A DNA stretch of 31,869 nt from the NCBI GenBank assembly GCA_030141605.1, contig JAQGDQ010000798.1, positions 1 through 31,869 on the forward strand, written 5' to 3'. A program made the position numbers and the translations under genes. The notes under the pieces were generated by a model, which saw only the letters and a list, made by a program, of their open reading frames with translations, was not told the DNA's origin and ran no database searches. Shown in pieces: positions 25,030 through 31,869 of this stretch. Each line of letters starts with the position of its first letter. Within the stretch, counting starts at the first letter, position 1. This DNA is from Tubiluchus corallicola (Eukaryota > Animalia > Priapulida).

Positions 25030-25623
25030 AGGACAAGAAAAGGGGTACCTGAAACAGCTTTCAGCAAAATCGCCTTAAAAATCGCCATATATTTTTGATT
25101 GTTTTCATTTTCATTTTCCCGCAATACTGTTCCGATCGCGCCATTACACAACGCACAACATAAATCATGGGAAGAAAAGGAAATGTTAAATTATGTCTCA
25201 AAAATTTTTCCATGCAAAGTTATATTACTTAGCATTTCGCTTATCCGTATCAAAGACTTATGTAACTTGAAATAATTATTTAAAATGTTCGTGCCAATTA
25301 GTAAAATGTCGTCGACTCACTAACCAACAAACTTATTTCTTATCTTGTTTTACAAGATACAGTAAATTTTACTTAGTTAGTTATGTGCGCTACGAGTGCT
25401 TTGATTATTTTTTCAAACTTTACTCTGTGTTATCTAAACTTGTTTCAAACGACTTATCGTCAAAATGGCATCGTCTAACGGTCATCGCGGGAGTTTTAAT
25501 CTACATGTTTTATACAGCGTTGCTGCTGACGCAAGCCCTACATGCAAAAAGGCAGTACGTAACTGGTATAAAATGTCAAGACGATTTTTTGAGCTTTATG
25601 TAAGAGGAGGGTTTTTTGTGCTT
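25030..25623 (+). mobile_element. Kolobok-like MITE family 2, second copy
   Basis: TTAA|AGGACAAGAAAAGGGGTACCTGAA...; colinear with 2195-2852 through ...gaggagggttttttgtgcttt. Confidence 0.78.
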
Positions 25624-26579
25624 TGTAGATTTCATATTAACATTCAAGCGAAACAGTAGAGATAAAAACAGACCAGCTTTTGTGAAACTTAAAGGAAGAT
25701 TTTTCATATACTACCAGATTTTCAAGTCTCATTTAAAAGAATTAGCACTGTAAAAGTGTTTCTGATAATTAAAAAATAGTTTAAAAACTTAATTAATGGC
25801 GGCGAGCCTAACAATTCATGACATAACAAACGATCATAAATTTGAACAGCAAAAAATTCCACAAGCGTGTTGCACGTGTTTGCGAAAGCGAGAATTGTAG
25901 TACAGTGCTACTGTAAGATATTCAGTGTGTTCTACTAAAACTAGGCAAGTTTAAGATAAAAATTCAGATATTATATTTACCGCTGTACTCCCGCATGAGC
26001 TGTCGAAGGTGTGCAGTTCATCACAAATTAACACATTTGAACTGAAAGGAAAAACACCTGCTTTTGTGCAATGCGTTTCCAAAATGCAGGCGCTAGTGCC
26101 GTCTAACTAACGAATGGCGAAATGCATGTAACAGTGAAGAACTAGTGACGCGCACGAGAAATTGTGTTTGTGTGGTAAAAATTCTTTCACGTGAGTAATT
26201 TTTAAAAAAAATATTTTTCCTTTCAATATTTTAAAGAGTAGATTGTTTTGACCTACAGTTTAAGACTGGGTTATGTTTTGCTTTAATAAAACGTGGCACT
26301 TAGGTCGTGTGTTCTGTACTCTGACTTCGCCACCTGAAAGCGAAATGGGCTAACATAGAAGAGAGGGAAATTACCCCACACGGGATTCTGGGGACATCTG
26401 TTAAGACTAAACAATATGAACGTAGCTGAGTATTTAGTGTTGAAGAAGAAAGGCATTAGAATTTTAAAGTAATATATTCCATTGTCTAGTGAATCTCATT
26501 TTTGGGTTTTTTAAATGTCTTGAACGAACATTTACATAAGACTAATCACATATAGTCAGCAGCTTCTGAGTTCGGAGAG

Positions 26580-27856
26580 TTAGCTTTGCTTTATCTCATT
26601 GTCGTGACTATCCACTGTGGGCAGAACTGTTTGAACTGGCCATTCTGGTTCTGGTTTGTATAGAAATTCTGGGCCATGCAGCCATCTGACACTTGTGATT
26701 AAATCTCTTGCAGACAAACCTCGCGATGCATGATTTGCTGGATTTTCATCTCCAGAGACATGCCTCCATTGGCTGGGAACTGTTAAGCCGTGTATGGTAG
26801 CTAACCGGTTAGCCACAAAGGTTTTGTATCTGGCCCTTTCATTGTTGATATAGCAAAGAACAATTGTGCTGTCAACCCAAAATGTAGAAGTACCTACAGG
26901 AAAGCTTAATTCCTTCCGTACCATAGAATCAACTTTTACTGCAAGCACAGCAGCCTGACAGTTCGAGGCGTGGCAAAGTGACTTTCTTAAAGGGGGTCAG
27001 TCTTGTTGTACTCACCACAAATGTGCTGACGATATCTCCTGAAGCATTTGTTGATCTAAGATATGAGACAGTTCCAAGGGTTCTTTCGGATGCATCTGAG
27101 AAATGACGAAGCTGGTATAAGACAGCTTCAAAGTTTGGTGGTGTAAAACACCGACTCAGGTGCAAGTTCTTCTAACCGCTTTCCTCATTGTTGTTTCACA
27201 TGATTCTCCAAAGGTTCATTCCAGGATTTCTTCAATCGTGTTTCTTCCTGGAACAGTAACTTCGTTTGCAGGACATAGGGACTTATTATACCGATATGAT
27301 GAAGCCATTACACTCAAAAGACCACGGCGTGTCATCGATTTTTCTTTTTTCCTAACAAGAATACTGAAATGGTCTGCCTCCATGTTCCATGCAATGCCAA
27401 GAACCTGGTCAGCAGGCAAGGTAGAGTTATCTAAATCAATATCCTTCACTGATTTCCCTCTTTCTCCTACAGGGATAGAGTTAAGAACTTTTCGGTCATT
27501 GCTGCACCATTTTGTTAAATGGAAGCCACCATGGTGAAGTAGACTGGTAAGGTGTTCTATCATTGCAATACCTTCCTGAGTTGCTGAAAGAGACTTAAGA
27601 AGATCGTATACACAGAAATTGTTTGTACCACGGCGCTGTTGTACAAAGCTCTGTTGGCTGTTTTCTGGAGTGCATATGATGCAATACTTTGGCACCATAC
27701 TAAGCCAAAAATATGGACTGTCATCCTGTATATTTCAGGTTTTAGTTCTATATTGCCTGCAGGCCACCGCAGGAAACGGAGTACATCTCTGTCACCAGGA
27801 GTGACTCTTACCTGGTAAAATATACTCTGGATGTCAGCAGCGATTGCTATTTTACA
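26580..27856 (-). pseudogene. pol: BEL reverse transcriptase (N-terminally deleted) and RNase H
   Basis: IAIAADIQSIFYQVRV...LRFLRW...YRMTVHIFG; the YVDD motif has decayed to NFCVYDLL; RNase H motifs HFSDAS, PRLEL, WVDS, NPA. Confidence 0.9.
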
Positions 27857-28219
27857 GGTCCAGCATTTCCTTTTTTGAGCAAGTCACTGATTTCTTTGGA
27901 GTATTTGTTGTGAAGGACCTTAAACTTTTTCTTCAAACCTTCAAGTCTCTTCTCTGCTACAACTTTATTATTTGGCAAATCAGGAGATTCGCTTCTCAAT
28001 GGGATATCCATCATATACTGGTTGTGTTCAGTCAGTGGTTGTAGTTGACATATAGTGGTTGTCTTCAGTCAGATGTCAACAGTTCTTACATCCTCGATAG
28101 AAGGTTTATGACTGTTCTCTTCACAAGATTTTAACTGCCAGAATCGCTCTACTTGTTGCTCCAGTGTCACAGGCTGCAAAATGCTAAGGTTACAACTGAT
28201 ATGCTCGGCTTCATTTGGT

Positions 28220-28685
28220 CCAAGTGGTCCATTTAGGGTCCAACCTAAAACACTGAGTGATGCCCAAGGAGCATGTTTAGGTCCTTTTCTTTTTTCATTT
28301 GAAGCGAGAGCTTCAGGCACATCTTGCCCTATGAGAAAGCCAAGTTCCAGAGACTGAGATCTGTCCTGGGCAACAAGTCAATGTCTCCTAAATGCGCCAT
28401 CTCTAACATAAAGGATGGTCTTGCAAAGACAAGAGGGAGATCTATGGTGACATTGTAGTTTAGATCAGACACTTGTAGTTTAGTGACTTTACTCTTCTAC
28501 TGGCTCTGTTTAGCATCAAGCTTTGTCAAAATTAATGTTGGCTAGATAATTAATAACTAACTTTTCATATATTTGGCTAGAGCAGAATGTATTTGTCGAA
28601 CCAGGGTCAAGAAGTGCTAGTGTCTCTAATGGTTTACCACCTGGTATGTTAACAAATACTGGCAAGATAGGCAAAGCTACATGGC
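28220..28685 (-). pseudogene. pol: BEL aspartic protease region
   Basis: ALPILPVFV...TLALLDPGSTNTFCS, then LGFLIGQDVPEA and LGWTLNGP. Confidence 0.85.
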
Positions 28686-28866
28686 ACTTAGAAGGCTCAT
28701 GCATCTTCTTTATGTAACCACTTTGGCAATTGTGCTCATTATCTTCTTCTTTTAGTTTTTCATTATCTTCTTTATTGTTCTTCTTTTCTTTTTCTTCTCC
28801 ACTATACGGCCTGCTATTGGGTTTGTGTGCAGCAGCAGCAGTGCTAATATTTCCTCGCGTATTCTG

Positions 28867-29068
28867 CGCATGCAAGAAAGTGGAATGTTTTCTCTTAAAA
28901 ACATCACAGCGATTGGCTGACCTACATGATGCACTACTGTGGTTAAGCTTCAGGCAATTAAAACATAGTTTGTGTTGCTTGGCTACCTCTAGCCTTCCAG
29001 GTACAGTTAGCCTATTGAACTTGAAGCATTTCTGAAGCGGATGTGCTTCAGAACACAGGGTGCATGAA
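28867..29068 (-). pseudogene. gag: BEL Gag triple zinc knuckle
   Basis: Manual translation: CTLCSEAHPLQKC...KLCFNCLKLNHSSASC...RCDVFKRKHSTFLH. Confidence 0.88.
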
Positions 29069-29349
29069 AGGGAAGTCTTTTCTTAAGATTTGTCAGGTTC
29101 ACGTGTATGTGCACTAGCAAATGTTCCAGAACTAGCAAAAATATTTGCAGAATTAGACTTTGGTTTAGGCTTATAGGTGTCCTTCTTCTCGGATGGTTTC
29201 CTATGAAACGTGGGATCATTTCCAATATGTGCCTGTCTTTCTATGAAAGTGACAACATCAAAGATGTCTGGAATTCTCCCAGAAGATTTAATATTATGAA
29301 CCTCTTTCCTCCAGTGAGAATGAATGCCAATGAGTAATTTGTCAATGAT

Positions 29350-29755
29350 TTAAACGAGATTTCCTTGAGCATTAATCTCGGACAAATAACCTAAACTTGA
29401 CAGAGTTTCATAACAAGCACGCAACAAGTCTGCATATTCCTGTAATGTCTGATATTCCGCAGCCTTAATGGGTTTTAAATCCGAAATCTGTTTGATCCAT
29501 GCTTGAGTGATATTAAATTCATTTCCAAACCGCTCTTTTAGCATGTGCTTTGCTTTTGTGTAACCTACAACTGGGTCCATTGTCACACAGCAGTCAATAT
29601 AACGTTTTACTTTGTCACTGCAAAACTGAAGAAGGAGTGTTAATCTGGCAATATTGTCAGTTGTGTAATTCTCAACCGTTGTTTCAAACTGTTTAATGAA
29701 GCGACAATACTGCAGTGGGCTGCCATCGAATTTCTCTATCTCGATACCAGGCAAT
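29350..29755 (-). pseudogene. gag: BEL/Pao Gag core (DUF1759-like)
   Basis: LPGIEIEKFDGSPLQYCRFIKQFE...RLTLLLQFC...GYTKAKHMLKERFGN...LQEYADLL. Confidence 0.9.
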
Positions 29756-29989
29756 GGAAAACCATAAAACTGGTAAGGGGGTTTTACTGCTGGCAGAGGA
29801 CTCCCTTTGATTTCAGGTTGCTTGCCGCATAAAGGTGCCTGAAAGGAACTGCATCTATAAGACCTTTCTCGCCATCTATTATGAGCATCAGGAAGAAAAG
29901 AGTCGCTTTCCAAAGGCACATTGAAGCTGGACCTAAAATGTGCTGCTTGAACATTCAAATCTCTTGAGCGTGTCTTTGAAGCCGAGGCA

Positions 29990-30728
29990 GGTTCCACTTT
30001 ATTTGTGTAAAATTTCCACCACATTTTGATAAACTGCCTATCATGTTGTACATTCTGGCACAGTGGAGTAGAAACCTCCTCACTCTGAATATCGAACTTA
30101 TAGCACCACGGTTTATCTTGACCAATAAAATGAACTATCTTAACTTGATCTCGGTAGATCTCTATAGAGTATAGTACTTTGCAGACGTCATGTTATAGGC
30201 AAAGGGGAGGCGATTCCATTTGGTAAAAAACTTATTTAATAGACCCTGGTCCCCTCCGTCAAAACTTGCTTGAGTGTTTGCAAACGATAATAACTCGGTG
30301 TAAGTTACCATGCTTGGTTCAAATACAAACACACCGCTATTAAATGTGCCTGACCAACCAACATCGGTGACAGCAGAAAATTCTTTACGCAAGAATAATT
30401 CGTCATTATTCTGCAAAACTAATGTGTCTGCATCAAGAAAAATGCCCTTGGCATATTGCACCTGACCCCAGCAGTGAAGCTTTGAATAAGTGCAGTGTAG
30501 TTCGGGTCGCTCACAAAGAAGCTGCGTATCTATGTTTTGGTTCTCCCATCTTCCAACAAGCTCAACTTTGTCATAAACAGTGTCAAGTTGTGATATCATA
30601 AATGAGGAAACTTCATTCGTTACCATGATAACCATAGGGTGTTTGGTCCTAGTGGCTTTCAGAGAATGTGCTAAAACAGGGGCACTTTTGGCATAAAAGT
30701 CATTAGTGGCTAACGAGATATGTACTTC
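29990..30728 (-). pseudogene. GYG: Glycogenin-like GT8 catalytic domain embedded in BEL gag (intronless, one frameshift near 30160)
   Basis: LATNDFY, VLAHSL, RPELHCTYSKLHCW, FLDADTLVLQN.DELF, D.GW...FNSGVFVFEPS, SFDGGDQGLLNKFF, LPFAYN; after the shift, KIVHFIGQDKPW...FIKMWW. Colinear with glycogenin from memory of the human GYG1 sequence. Confidence 0.93.
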
Positions 30729-31179
30729 AATTGATTCTTCATAATTAGTATGATTATCTTTGCAATAATTTGCTACCCAATCTCTTGTTTGCCCTCTTTT
30801 GTCAACAAAGAAAACGACCTCGGAAGAACGTGGACTACCGGCTTCAAACTGAGCAAAGACAGTTGCCTCAGCGTCTGCTTGCTTAATTTCAGTAGCTATC
30901 TTCAACTGTTCTTGTTGCAAAACTAACTTTTGCTTTTCTTGTTCGAGCTGCAATTCATTTCATTAACTGCAATTTGGCCTTTTCTGCAAGTACTTGTTGC
31001 CTAATCATAAGAGCACCCTTTTTCGCTTCAGCTGACATTCTTTGTGCTGTTGCCGAAACAGTGGTTGATTTTGAACTACGTGAATGAGGCTAAGCTTTCT
31101 TCTTTGTCCCCACTGTCAGGTATAGCGGCAGGTGTAAGCTGCGTTTCATCTTCAGTTGAGCTGGAAGCTGCACCTTCGC

Positions 31180-31288
31180 TCTGCAACAGCCTATCAATTA
31201 ATTCGTGCTTCCGACCGCTAACAGGTAAACACTTGTCCTTAAGCATTCGCTGTAACTGAGGGACAGTTTTCTTACCTAAATCAGACAC
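31180..31288 (-). pseudogene. SAP domain at the Gag N-terminus of the BEL element
   Basis: (M)SDLGKKTVPQLQRMLKDKCLPVSGRKHELIDRLLQ fits the SAP consensus L.K.TV..L...LK...L..SG.K.ELI.RL. The start codon is GTG, probably a mutated ATG. Confidence 0.8.
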
Positions 31289-31869
31289 GCTTCAAAATAC
31301 AGCAAAGTACAATTCAGAGAAAGTAGATAAACTAGTGAGCTATGCATAAAATCCATGTGGTCAAACAGCAGCGATAACGTATGGTCTAATTCTTTATGCA
31401 CTATAATGCGCTGCTGTACTACTAGTATTCAGGCAATTAGGTAAACTGTACAACATATCAAAGCATTATCTGACAGTGTAGAAATTCACGTTATTCTACA
31501 CTAACATATTGAAATAATACCAGGTCGAAAATAAAATGTAATCTTAATTGGTATGACTGTGAATATTTCAAAACTTCAATACTATTAAACCCTAATTATT
31601 CACTCCATCTCAGAGCTTAATTTTCAACAGTGATTCATTTCGCTGCACTTACGCGAATTTAGTTCCAGGTCTGGTAGTAGACGGAGCCTATCAAGAGTTT
31701 TAAACTATACTATAATTCGCTAGCTACCGGCTAGTTCACATCCTTCTTTCACCTACATCCCCTATGGCATATAGTTACTATGTCATATACTTATTATATT
31801 TAGCCTTACTTCATGAAAATTTACACTTTTCCTTTAATTGTGCTAAATTCTTCAATCCTTTTGCCATTT

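Larger units (their letters stand above)
26580..31288 (-). mobile_element. Decayed BEL/Pao LTR retrotransposon internal region (gag-pro-RT-RNase H); integrase and LTRs not found
   Basis: Domains in BEL order on the minus strand: DUF1759, 3 zinc knuckles, ALLDPGS protease, LGWTLNGP, IAADIQSIFYQV, VHIFG...ASYAL, GGFHLTKWCSN, VLGIAW, HFSDAS, TLPRLEL, WVDSTIVL, FVANR, NPANHASRG, WLHGPEFL. Many frameshifts and stops. Confidence 0.95.

Noticed and set aside
26340-26420. Purine-rich tract followed by TGTTAAG as a PPT/LTR start
   Set aside because: Wrong orientation for the minus-strand BEL element, and no matching second LTR in 31300-31869.
16874-30728. GT31 gene and GT8 domain as a glycosylation gene cluster
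   Set aside because: The GT8 domain is cargo of a decayed retrotransposon about 11 kb away; nothing suggests a functional link.
29990-30953. Calling ORF 30162-30953 the host's normal glycogenin gene
   Set aside because: It is intronless and frameshifted, lacks the C-terminal synthase-binding region, and is fused to BEL gag sequence on both sides.

Overview
AT-rich eukaryotic (invertebrate animal-like) genomic DNA with spliceosomal introns. It contains the last six exons of a cuticlin-like ZP-domain transmembrane protein gene (+, 1-4123), a two-exon GT31 (beta-1,3-galactosyltransferase-like) gene (+, 16874-18746), a possible orphan C-type lectin exon, two Kolobok-like TTAA MITE families, LINE and SINE fragments, and several tandem repeats. 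The main finding is a decayed BEL/Pao LTR retrotransposon (-, ~26580-31288). Its gag region runs SAP domain, coiled coil, an intronless glycogenin-like (GT8) catalytic domain, DUF1759 capsid region, then three zinc knuckles, followed by protease, RT and RNase H. The glycogenin C-terminal part reads in frame into the Gag core, which suggests a retrotransposon lineage that captured a self-glucosylating glycosyltransferase inside Gag. All calls come from manual translation and motif recognition; no database searches were run.
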